64,000 nt of DNA from Oopsacas minuta (Eukaryota; Animalia; Porifera), in the NCBI GenBank assembly GCA_024704765.1, contig JAKMXF010000354.1, forward strand, positions 295,690-359,689, in the 5' to 3' direction. The stretch's first letter is position 1. Each line of letters starts with the position of its first letter. Of the stretch, positions 1 through 10,662 are shown piece by piece. The translations under genes were made by a program, and so were the position numbers. Below the pieces are notes generated by a model that was not told where the DNA came from, searched no databases, and saw only the letters and a program-made list of their open reading frames with translations.

Positions 1-3000
1 AAAAAGTAGAAATTCAACCCATTAATTGTAACACCGTTAATAATTATGTTCTTAACACGATCAATGACGTCAGAACTCTTAAGCGCCTCTCCGTGTTCTT
101 CTCTGAAAGCTAAATTCAGGAATCTCTCTTTCGGGAATTTCCTATAAAGTCTGTTACGTTGAGTAAATACAGATTGTAGAGGAATTACAGTAGAGGGAGT
201 TACCATAGCACACTCGATGTAGCAATAGTTATCATGAGAAGAGGCTGGGCTAGATAGAGGGTAGTCTTTGAGAGTGTCCAAATATTTATCGAAAGAGCTC
301 TGCAAATCAAAAAAGTAATAAGTTGTATCTTTACATCTCAAGGATAGAAGATAAGAGAATGTTTTAGACAGAGCCCTAATAAGAGATAAATCTGCTACAT
401 AAATCTCCTTAGTAAATTTACGAATAGTTTCTTCAGGTAGACAAATATTTCTTATAGATTTTAATACATAAAATTCCCATAGACAGTCTTGCATTTCTTT
501 ATCCCAGTATAGAGAATTATCTGATAAAATTATTGCCTCAGTCTCCATGGAGGTACACTCAATAATACGTGAATCATATACTGGAACAGATAGAGTATTT
601 GGTGAGTGGAGAAATATCCATAATTTACTCCAATTAGACGTCTTGTATGCAAGTGAGATCCCGAAGACAGGAGACTCTCCGAAGAATCTCAGGAATGAAC
701 AGTTATCACATGACAACATTTCTCCAGATTGAGATAGGACTTTAGGACAGAAGGAAAGAGGTAGGTATAGCATGACGTCATTCTCTCTCCAATCAGCTAG
801 CATAAATAGAAAGATAGAAGCGAATGGAATCTCAATTGTCAACCGAGAATCTGCCTGGTTACGGATAGTTATGTGTATGGTGCGGTCAGATGAGAGTTCA
901 AAAATTCCTTTCTCTCCGAAAGTATTCGCTTCTAATTGCTCAGTTACCTGAAAAGTATGTTTATCGTTAAATTTTCCCCATGAGATCTTATTTACAGTCC
1001 ACTTTGTTTGATATTTCATTTCTTTATCTAGAGGTACTCGAACCCTTGTCCACACCTCAGGACCTCCGTTTCCGATAGAGAATGACCACTGCACAGTCAA
1101 GAGTTTGTAACGCTCATAAATGTTTGGTTTTTGAGTTTGCAAACCCAAATTTAATAGAGAATCTTCGAATGGGAATATTCCATTAGATTTCCAACGAGAA
1201 TTACAAGCAGCTTGTTCAATACGCTTAACTTTCAAGAAATATTTTTCAAATAGAATTTTAGCAATATTATCCTGAATATCGAATAATTCATGTGTTCCTG
1301 TTAAGTAGAATTCGACTGCACATTCTGTCGATGACAATATGTTACATTTCTGACTGTGGTCAGAGCAAGAAACTGTATTTTCAATATCTTTTTGAATATT
1401 TTCTATGATATTTTCTGTGAATGGAGAAGGAAATTTAGTCTCTGAATGGTGTTCTTTTAAAACAGATTTTACAGTATATTCTTGAGCTTGGATTTCTTCA
1501 AATGTACGATTCTCATCTTCAGATAGAATCAAAATAAACCTGCTATTATCCCATTTTCTAGCTCTCCCTTTACTCTGTTTATAAGAAGTTAGAGATTTTA
1601 AGCCATTAAATCTGATAACGACATCACACACAGGGATATCAAGACCTTCTTCCAATACAGACGTGCTAACCAGGAGATTACACTTCCCGTTACGGAAATT
1701 CTCAATTATTTCTTCCTGATCATTAACCCAGTTCATACCAAATGGTCCTGACTGTCCAACTATTTTCAAAGGAGAAAATTTCTGATTAACCTTCTGGTCT
1801 TCCTTCAGAACAGTAGCTAAAATAGAAGCCATACGGCGGGTCTCAACGAATATAATAATTTTAGAATTATCAGAAATTTCATTGAGGATATTAAACAGCT
1901 CTTGTAGTCTTGGAGAGAAGCTCGGCTGATGATCCAATCCCTCAAATATATCCATATCTCGTAGCTTCTGGTGAGCATATGTAACTCCTAACATCTCTGT
2001 AAGATCTAGCATCTTACATATCCTCTTCATGGATGTAACGTATTTATCAATGTCATTGTGATGTAGTTTTAATTCGTATAACATTGTAATCAGCTGACTC
2101 CTGTATTTCGCATCCTTCCAGTCAGTTTTGTTAATCAATTTCTCTTGAGAGCAGTTATTTATGCAACTAGCTAGTTGGTATAATCCTCTTTCTAGAGTTT
2201 CTGAATACTGAGTAATCATATTATTAACCGGTTCTGTGATTATATTCTTTTGAATAGAAGCGTCATCACGTTGGTACTTTTTAATAGACAGAGTATGACA
2301 TATTGGAGCGTTAAAGAAGTTCTGTTTAAACTGTTTTAGTAATTCTATAGTTATTTGAGTCTTTTTCTGTGAAGAAGGAGGAGATGCTGTTAATCCTAGC
2401 ACTCGCGGACGCGATGGTTCACATTCTCTTATTTTGTTAAGAATTGTGACGTAATTATGACTTTTGACAGCATGATGACATTCATCAAATACCACATAGC
2501 AGAAATTATGCAAACCAACTTTATTCTGAATAGCAATATATGCACCAGCTGTTGACACCAATACATCGTAATATCCCTGGTTCAATCTCACATGTTTTAA
2601 TCTAGTATTAGTCTCACTTGTCAAAGTACAGACATTCAAATGAGTGTCAATACTGATAGCTTCTCCCTGTTGGAATACTAATGGGACTCTCTCAACTATA
2701 AATAGCACCATATGGTTTGGATTAAGTTGCTTCATTCTAGCAGCAGCCATGCTTGCTACTAATGTCTTTCCATAGCCAGTAGGCAGAACCAGAATAAAGT
2801 CTCTCTGTAGTGCCTCTATATAAGCTATAGTTTGGTAATCTTTTGGAATTAAATCTGATTTTAATATGTCGTTATATTGGAAGTGAGATTCATCTTCAAT
2901 TTGTGGTAGAATTATTTCTCCGTTGGTATTTTCTGTAGAGAGTTTAATCCTCTTTGAATCACTGGTCACATTTGGTGTCCGTGTATGTCCCAAGAAGCTA

Positions 3001-3344
3001 TCATCATCTCTTAATACAATCTGACTGAAAGGTGCATTTTGATATACTAAACCCCAACGGGTTTTCTTGTCCAATGATTCGCCGTTTATAGTTACCTTAT
3101 CAGCTCCAAATAGCATTATTTCTTCTCTATTCGGACCAATTCCAAGTTTCTTTCCAAGGTAAGCATCGCATTTCAAACATTTTATGATAATCTTATTTTG
3201 CTTCTGCTGATCAATCGTAAATCTTTCTTCTAAGAAGGTAGCAGACTCATATCTAACCATGAGATGAACAGAATTATCTTCTTTGCGGTAGAAGCACAAG
3301 TTTTCTAGCGGAAATTCGTTCTCTTTACAAACTATACAATTCAT
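1..3344 (-). CDS. Zn-binding (RLR-CTD-like) + DExD/H helicase (Dicer/RIG-I type) + eukaryotic RdRP fusion; 3'-partial, continues off the left edge
   Basis: Manual translation from ATG 3344 (in-frame TAG 3 codons upstream) is stop-free to base 3 (1114 codons). N-terminus MNCIVCK...KCLKCDAYLG. Helicase motifs: LPTGYGKT (~2764-2787), DECHH (2472-2486), LGLTASP, IIFVETR, STSVLEEGLDIP, QSKGRAR (~1557-1579). The last codons read MVTPSTV...QRNRLYRKFPKERFLNLAFREEHG...IDRVKNIIINGVTINGLNFYF, matching the entry to the cellular RdRP domain (VTPT...NR..R...FLRV.F.DE...GI.I.GR.Y.FL). Confidence 0.88.
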   Translation of the reverse strand, partial: MNCIVCKENEFPLENLCFYRKEDNSVHLMVRYESATFLEERFTIDQQKQNKIIIKCLKCDAYLGKKLGIGPNREEIMLFGADKVTINGESLDKKTRWGLVYQNAPFSQIVLRDDDSFLGHTRTPNVTSDSKRIKLSTENTNGEIILPQIEDESHFQYNDILKSDLIPKDYQTIAYIEALQRDFILVLPTGYGKTLVASMAAARMKQLNPNHMVLFIVERVPLVFQQGEAISIDTHLNVCTLTSETNTRLKHVRLNQGYYDVLVSTAGAYIAIQNKVGLHNFCYVVFDECHHAVKSHNYVTILNKIRECEPSRPRVLGLTASPPSSQKKTQITIELLKQFKQNFFNAPICHTLSIKKYQRDDASIQKNIITEPVNNMITQYSETLERGLYQLASCINNCSQEKLINKTDWKDAKYRSQLITMLYELKLHHNDIDKYVTSMKRICKMLDLTEMLGVTYAHQKLRDMDIFEGLDHQPSFSPRLQELFNILNEISDNSKIIIFVETRRMASILATVLKEDQKVNQKFSPLKIVGQSGPFGMNWVNDQEEIIENFRNGKCNLLVSTSVLEEGLDIPVCDVVIRFNGLKSLTSYKQSKGRARKWDNSRFILILSEDENRTFEEIQAQEYTVKSVLKEHHSETKFPSPFTENIIENIQKDIENTVSCSDHSQKCNILSSTECAVEFYLTGTHELFDIQDNIAKILFEKYFLKVKRIEQAACNSRWKSNGIFPFEDSLLNLGLQTQKPNIYERYKLLTVQWSFSIGNGGPEVWTRVRVPLDKEMKYQTKWTVNKISWGKFNDKHTFQVTEQLEANTFGEKGIFELSSDRTIHITIRNQADSRLTIEIPFASIFLFMLADWRENDVMLYLPLSFCPKVLSQSGEMLSCDNCSFLRFFGESPVFGISLAYKTSNWSKLWIFLHSPNTLSVPVYDSRIIECTSMETEAIILSDNSLYWDKEMQDCLWEFYVLKSIRNICLPEETIRKFTKEIYVADLSLIRALSKTFSYLLSLRCKDTTYYFFDLQSSFDKYLDTLKDYPLSSPASSHDNYCYIECAMVTPSTVIPLQSVFTQRNRLYRKFPKERFLNLAFREEHGEALKSSDVIDRVKNIIINGVTINGLNFYF

Positions 3345-3732
3345 GGGCACCTAGCTATGAGAATAAATTATATATACAAACGTCATGATGAATTTCTCTA
3401 TTCTTGCTACCAAGGTGTTATAGAAATAAGATCGTACACACGTTACGCTACGAAACACTTTCAAATTTGTTATTAGAATCAAAATACAATTTTCCGTATA
3501 ATTATTAATTGAAAGCTATGGTACAAGGTATTTTCCCTGAACACTGGTTCTCAATCTTGCATCTAAGAATTGGGATTGCAAAGCAAGTCCAAAGAAGCCA
3601 ATTATTACGTACTCTTATAATACGAACGAATTCTGTCGTACCTTACTTACGTATTAAATTATGAATTAACTAAGCCTACTGTATTGACATTTGTTGTGTA
3701 TACTCGTATATTTATATCATAGAGAAGAGATA

Positions 3733-6700
3733 ATGGCAACAGGTTGTCTACACAAATGTTTTCCACTACATCTCCCTCCTCTATTGGAAATCAAAGAAGT
3801 GATAGAAACAGCAATGAAGCCTCAATACAAGGAGCTTAGTGTTGAAGTGTGTGACTGTCCTGATCTTACCCAGATGCCATGGGACATGGCCTGTGGTGGA
3901 CTGGGAGGGGATACAGCTACATTTCACTTTGGAGGTGTACCTTACTTACTGCCTGTACCTGACAAGAGCAAAGTCTACGACATGCAAGAGATTATAAATA
4001 TCACGGGAGTAAAGAATCCGTTTGTTATTGGACCAGGTGCTGCTTCTAGAGAACAAGTGGGAATAAATTCAGAGCTGATTGCTAACCTCAGGGTGGGGGA
4101 GGTTCCTGTCAACAAGTCACGAGCTAGTAAAATTGAGGCTGGGAACTGTAAGCTAGAGATGTATCCGAGTACAAAGACGGGTCCTATCGCAGACCTCTTC
4201 GTGAGTGAGGGAACACCTGGTCCTGTGCTCAAGATACACGCAAAACAACGACTCGGTAAATAAATAATAAAGGCCCTATTAATGAGAAGATTGTTTCAGC
4301 TCCACATGATGTCTACCTAAGCATGCGGGTCGGGCGGCAATTCATTTTAATAATCTCGTTATTTATAGGTTATCATAATACAAAGTGGCCATTTCATAGA
4401 AAATTCTATGACTCAACTTACGAGTAGAAATATGTTAATTAAGTTAAGCGTGTTAAAGGTCTGTGAAGATAAAATCACTGCTATCCCGCTAGTTAGGAAA
4501 TACATTGTGAAAAAAATGGTGGAATGATTACAATAATTCCAATAATAACAATATTCATGGTGGGGCAGATAAACTGTATTCGGGTGGTAGAGCTGAAACA
4601 AGTTTCCAACTTAACATCTCCAATAGTAGCCAGGATGATTATTGACAACTAGCACCTTGGGTTAATGCAAATAATTTTTAAGATACAATCGAGGTATCGT
4701 AAATATGAATACAACGTAGCCAGTATTGCCTCCAAAGTGAATCATCCTGTTTATTCCACAAATTCATTTCCAGATTATATGTACAAGTAATCAACTAAAA
4801 TTACCAATTATCTATGTACAAAATTTTGTTGATATGTTTATACGTTTATTTCCTACTAAGCAAAACATTAGCACATTCAACCCATTTTTTGATGTCCTGG
4901 ATATACGACATGTATTTTTACCCGAATAGATATACGTACGCTACATATATTTATTCGGGTAAATGTTTATGAATTGCATAAACGTGTATATATTTATATC
5001 GCAAGATCCATTTTGAGGCTATTACCCCAATGGGGCACACCCCTGTCTGGATATCTATCATAGAATTACAGTAGATTTAGGATATTATATAACCAATATA
5101 CCTCTAGGACAAACATCACGATATCCAATATCTGTACGTAGCAGATATAGGATATCGCGATATTTTGTCAGTTTCGATATCAATTTTATATGTAGGACAA
5201 TCCTACAACTCTCATAGAGTATTTAGCTACTTGTCCCTAGCAAGTAGAAACCAATTCAAAGTTTAAAATCTATTAAATAATACAATTGCAATTTGTTCCT
5301 TTACTAACTAGTACAGTATTGTAATATAGAAATATAACAACAATAAAGAATATATATATACAATACAGCATTCAATATACAAATATTATCAAATACGTAT
5401 ACAGTTACATCAGGTAGCAAATAGTAATATTATGTAGGGGCGGGTACCGTTGTTAAAAAGTATGCAAGTTGGTTTGGAAATAGTATTAAATTATAAAAAT
5501 GCCTTTGCTACAGAGTCAAAGTCCTCTTAAAACTCCTTGTTGCTACTGAGTCGCGGCAAGTGTGAGAAAGATATTGGTTTGGCGTGCTCGCGAATAGATC
5601 CAGCTGCGTATGATAGACTTGGTCCTAGCTGGGTGTAATCTTTCTTGGATGTAGTCTCCTTCTTAGCGTTATCAAATTCCCCGTATCCGTAATTCTTGTT
5701 TTTCACTTCAAATCGTTGTAAACTTTGAGTAAAGTCTTTCTGTGATGTCTGCATCTGTGAGTAACGTCTGCCCTCGTTATGCGATACCTTGGTCAGATCG
5801 TAGTAGGCGAAATCTTTCTTCGGCTTAGAGGAAGGTACCATTGCTTGAGGAATACAGACAGAATTGTGTCGCAGATAAGCGTCTCTACTCACTTCTAGCT
5901 TATTCTTGCTATCTAACATTTCCTTGTTACTGGACATCTTACCGCATACTATAGGATGTTCATTCATTTTGCTATTACAATCTACTTTACCTGTCTTGAA
6001 GTCATGATAGTCAATCAGTGAGGTATTGAATGGAGCTATGTGTTGCTCTTTAGTGTGGGGGAGACTACTGTGAGAGTATCCAGACAGGACACTAGTGGAC
6101 CCACTTGAGTAGGTGGAGGCAGGAGCTTTGTACTTGGGGAGAGGACGTGTCTTTGCCTTACCGTCTTGTACCCAATCGTGTAGAAGAGCCTCATCGGGTG
6201 TCATCCTGAGGTTAGGATCCCATGTGAGAGCACGTTTAATAAAGTCGATAAATCTGTGATCATCTGTTTTGAGAGCAGTGCCGAGTAGTTTGGTGCTGGG
6301 TTTACGCACCTTCCCCTTGCTGTTTGTCAGCTGTCTGGGGTTGTTACTCTCATCAAAGAACACTCTCTTCCTCTGAGCATCTTCTAGTAGAGCCATGGGA
6401 GGTACACCCATTATTTCCATGATACAAGCTAGCTGTTCGTACTCATCATTACCAGGGAATAGAGGGTAACCGGTGTGAAGTTCCGCGAGAATACAACCGA
6501 AGCTCCACATGTCAATAGGGATACCATATGCTAGACCAAGGATAACCTCAGGAGATCTGTAGAACCTGCTCTGTATGTATGTATAAATCTTCTCCTCTTC
6601 GTAACAGCTGGAGCCGAAATCTATCACTTTTATACTATACTGGTTCCTAGCTCTCAACAATATATTCTCAGGCTTGAGGTCACAGTGGATTATCCTTTCT

Positions 6701-8384
6701 CTATACAACAGCCGTAGACAGTGTAGCATTGATATAGCTAGCTTTCGAACCAAGGATAGAGAGAAACCTTGAAATTGGTTCTTCTTTATCATTTCATATA
6801 GATTGATAGAGAGCAATTCAAACACGATACACAGATGATTACGGAAGTAGAAATGCTCTAACATCTGGATTATGTTATGTGTTCCATCTTTATCTTTTCT
6901 CTTCAAATGATCTAATATTTTAACTTCCACTAGAGCTTGATGATGAAACCGCTTTTTATTCCTGATGACCTTTATCGCCACGTTTATGTGAGCACGATGA
7001 TCATATGCCTTCACTACTTGTCCGAATGAACCCTTGCCAATAGTCTCGAGGGATTCATATCTGTAAGCTATATGGTCGTTAGTTACTTTCCTGTAACTAC
7101 CGTTATCATCATCAAATCCATTATTGAATGGTTTACCAGGCTCAGCCTGTATCTTCTTAGCGTCTCCCCCGAAGAACCAGATCTCAGGATACTTCTCAAC
7201 CTCTTTCTGCTCGTAAGCACTAATCCTGTCTTTATACAGCTTGAGGACTGTAGATGGTGCGTAGGGGAGGCAGATCAAAGTATTGTCAATAGATGAGGTG
7301 GAGAGTTTGTGGAAAGGAGCGGGAGATGTTCTTAGGGGAGTAGGTTGGTGAAGTTGTGGAGCTGTTCTTCCAATCTTACAAAGGTCTGTGTCGCTAGAAG
7401 GAGATTTCTGTGATGGGAGATAAGACGGCTTAGTAGCACAGGGAAACGCTATTGCTCCCGTGCTGTTCTTGGATGGCCTGTTAGATTTCGTGGAAGGTGA
7501 TGTGTCATTTTCGATGGTTCCAGTGGATAGGAGAGGAGGCTTGTAGGATAGTGGATGTCCTCGCTGTATTTCAGGGTACTTAGACTTACTCTGAGAACTG
7601 GAGTAGCTGTTAGAGGCTACAAGTCTAGCGTCATGACTACTGCTATGTCTGTATGGAATACTAGGTCCGTAGTACGTTATTGGTGAGGATATATCTGGGG
7701 GTTTCCCGCCGATACGAACGGGAGAGATACCGCTCTTAGTCTTGTCACTGTTATTCTTGATTCTTAGGATAGAAGGGATGAAACTTCCGCCTGTTTTAGA
7801 TCCTGACTTCCCGCCTGTTTCATAGGACATAATCCTAATTGTTACAAAATAAACTCAAATTAATGAATGAATTAAAGTATAATTACATAACATTGCTTAT
7901 CAATATGTAGTTACTGAGTAGGATTAATTATATGTGCGTAGTGATAACAGTGGATGAATGGAATTCAGCATTTATGTATTGTTATACAGGTAAGGATGAC
8001 TTTATCACTGGAATAAGAAAAGCATTGACAATTCACTACGGGGATAAACCAGTTGGATTAGGCGGGGTATTTCAAATAGTAAATGGAACGGCTAGGCTGC
8101 ACATCATGTCAGAGTTTTGTGATTACCCTCTTGAAACTATGGATAAGATCAACAACTGGTTACAATTCTTTCATATGAAAGCACCTCTCATCTGTTTGAG
8201 TGCTATGGTGAGTTATGACGCAGGAGAGTTCGGGATTCGTCTGGAGCACACACATTGCTTCAGTCATCATGGAGAAGGAGGTCATTACCATTACGACACT
8301 ACCCCTGAAGAGGTTGAGTATTTGGGATATTTCAATCTGGCTAAACAAGTGTTTCAATACGACCAGCCACCTAAGTCCACCTGA
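3733..8384 (+). CDS. C11orf54: Ester hydrolase C11orf54 (DUF1907) homolog; exons 3733-4255 and 7990-8384, 305 aa
   Basis: Two ORF-track fragments join in phase 1 (CTCG|gtaaat ... atacag|GTAAG) to give HAKQRLGKDDFITGIRK. Family motifs VxDCPDLTxxPW, GGVPYLLP and RLEHTHCFSHHGEGGHYHYDTTP are present. Confidence 0.92.
5527..7830 (-). CDS. Class 2 DYRK kinase (closest to DYRK4), intronless, nested in the C11orf54 intron
   Basis: DH box FNNGFDDDNGSY..DHIAYRYE, GKGSFGQV, HCDLKPEN, DFG, YTYIQSRFYRSPEVILG. EQLACIME resembles DYRK4 more than DYRK2. Confidence 0.93.
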   Translation of the reverse strand: MSYETGGKSGSKTGGSFIPSILRIKNNSDKTKSGISPVRIGGKPPDISSPITYYGPSIPYRHSSSHDARLVASNSYSSSQSKSKYPEIQRGHPLSYKPPLLSTGTIENDTSPSTKSNRPSKNSTGAIAFPCATKPSYLPSQKSPSSDTDLCKIGRTAPQLHQPTPLRTSPAPFHKLSTSSIDNTLICLPYAPSTVLKLYKDRISAYEQKEVEKYPEIWFFGGDAKKIQAEPGKPFNNGFDDDNGSYRKVTNDHIAYRYESLETIGKGSFGQVVKAYDHRAHINVAIKVIRNKKRFHHQALVEVKILDHLKRKDKDGTHNIIQMLEHFYFRNHLCIVFELLSINLYEMIKKNQFQGFSLSLVRKLAISMLHCLRLLYRERIIHCDLKPENILLRARNQYSIKVIDFGSSCYEEEKIYTYIQSRFYRSPEVILGLAYGIPIDMWSFGCILAELHTGYPLFPGNDEYEQLACIMEIMGVPPMALLEDAQRKRVFFDESNNPRQLTNSKGKVRKPSTKLLGTALKTDDHRFIDFIKRALTWDPNLRMTPDEALLHDWVQDGKAKTRPLPKYKAPASTYSSGSTSVLSGYSHSSLPHTKEQHIAPFNTSLIDYHDFKTGKVDCNSKMNEHPIVCGKMSSNKEMLDSKNKLEVSRDAYLRHNSVCIPQAMVPSSKPKKDFAYYDLTKVSHNEGRRYSQMQTSQKDFTQSLQRFEVKNKNYGYGEFDNAKKETTSKKDYTQLGPSLSYAAGSIREHAKPISFSHLPRLSSNKEF

Positions 8385-10662
8385 ATTACGATACGATAGT
8401 TTTATAGGACTATTCTAGATTTTTAGTACATATATATGAAACACTCTATATTTATATTTATACTCTGTATGTTATTATGAAATTAGATACATTTGTGTGG
8501 TATAAAAAGCAACATTTGGTTACATAGATATTTATGCAGTAAGGTTGAGGTTGAAGTTGAGGTTGCGGATATATTGAAATTGTTTAGAAGCAGTATTTTA
8601 CCTCATCAACCAAATTGCACGTAGACATTGTCGGTAGGCCAACATTCAATAAATTTATCACCCGTTAGGAAAAATTATAGGATGATGACAAATATAATGA
8701 TTACTTATAGAGAGAGAATGAAAATGTAGTCTCGTGATGTTTAGTGACACATTTTTGTAAAAAATACAGTACTATGTTTAACATCTAATAGCAGTTGATA
8801 GCTTTAAATAGTTTCTCCAAAATGAGCCTTCAATTGAGTTAATGAGAACTAAACATTTTTTGCCAGAGACATTAGTGAATTGAAAGGGTAACATAGACAA
8901 TTCGGAGTGATAATGTAGTTATAACAGATACATGTAGACGTATTGTGCAAGGCATAATATACAAAATATATTGAGCCACCAAATGTTGGTTCGGTTGAAA
9001 CCTGACCGACCGGACCGTCTCCTACCCCTACGGCCATGTAATACTATAATTATAAATACAGTTGAAACTGTATAACGATCATCAAGGGACTGGGCTGGTA
9101 AAATTGGCATGTACTCAATTCAAATATAGTCTGTTATATGGGCTTTAAGATTGTTGGTAACCACATTCTGCTGTAGTACTTAGTTTACGTGTAAGCAACT
9201 GACTTATCAAGAAGTTTCCGGATTTGCACATAATTTGAGATAATAAAGCATGGGTAAAGATTAGTTTGGCTCACGAAACAAGAAAATGGTCAGCAAGCAA
9301 TACATTGAGTATTATTGCATACAATTTTGTGGTCAAATTGCCATATAGTCATATAACTTAAATCACTGATATTATCTCAAACAATAAGATGGTAGATCCT
9401 TTTGTAAGTATTGAAATCATACCTGCCTTGCTGTACATATAACATTATCCTATATCCCTACAACTAGTCATTCTCATTGTTATAGGAAAAATCCAATTTG
9501 TAACAATACTTCAGTTGGAATAGTGAACTTTCTTCAAGGATTTCTGAAAATAATTCATCGTGGAAGTATTGCTAAATAGTAGGCTTCAGTGGTGAGAGCT
9601 CTATAAAGTATACCTCATTTTCTAAAAGGCTATTTCACCAAAAGAAGCAGGAGTAAACACTTGCTCAATATAATCACTTATCTGATATTATATACCAATT
9701 ATTTCTGTTTATATATTATTTGAATTCGCTTGTGTAGCCAGTGACTATTAGTCTTACCACAAGTTAATATACGAGGCCAGCGAATCAACTAAGTCTTGTT
9801 CCATTGTGTAGCTATTGAATTATTAGACAGACAATATAATAATTAAGGTTTGCTAGTTGGAAGTGGACTATCAATACCTTATAAATGTATTGATAATAAA
9901 TATATAAAATTACATTACGTAGTATTATCGTTTGCTTACAGATCTGTAAATATATTTGGTAGAGAAGCTAACTGCATAAATATACGTGAATTGGGAAATA
10001 AATTATCAAATTCGCCATTTCTTTCGAATAATGATAATTGCGATATTTCACAATTTCCTGCGAATATTGAATAGTATTATGCCATAAATTTAATAATAAT
10101 ATACATGTAGAAAGCATATCGTGTAACTTAAGGAGAATTTGTAGGAATCAATTATGATAATTTCATATCGTTTAATTATTGCTCGGTTAACGTGCACAAA
10201 TTGAGTGATTTATAATATTTAAGTCGAATTATCATGCCAAACCACTTCGGCTTAATAGCAAGCTTGTTAAGTAATTATCAAACTATAATAAACTATTATC
10301 AAATGGTTACTATTGTTTACGAATCAATGTTAACAATATTACATTTTTGGTTATAATTTCAAGATAAATAGATAGTAAAATTATTAATTTGTCTGGTCCA
10401 ACCTCTTGGTATATGTCCTAGACAACCTACATGAGTGTAATATGTAGGAGGATGTGATTACATCCAACTCATGTTGTGTAATGTATACAGCACAGATGCA
10501 AACGGGCCCACTCAAATTACAATCTACTTATACCAAACAAGTTTATCCCCTATATGAGAGAACACTTATTGTAAATATTGCTTAGTAACTTCGTTCTCAT
10601 TTTAATTATGTAAACAAATTACCATATATGTATTTCGAATATATCAACATAAATTTAAGCGA

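Noticed and set aside
547-732. ORF-track call on the plus strand
   Set aside because: It is antisense to the much longer helicase-RdRP frame.
8849-10074. Short ORF-track calls in AT-rich spacers (e.g. 4413, 8849, 8919, 9850, 12565, 22402, 30350, 36987, 40979, 42563, 51802)
   Set aside because: Mostly TTG/GTG starts, 60-95 aa, no recognisable motifs; several overlap repeat fragments.
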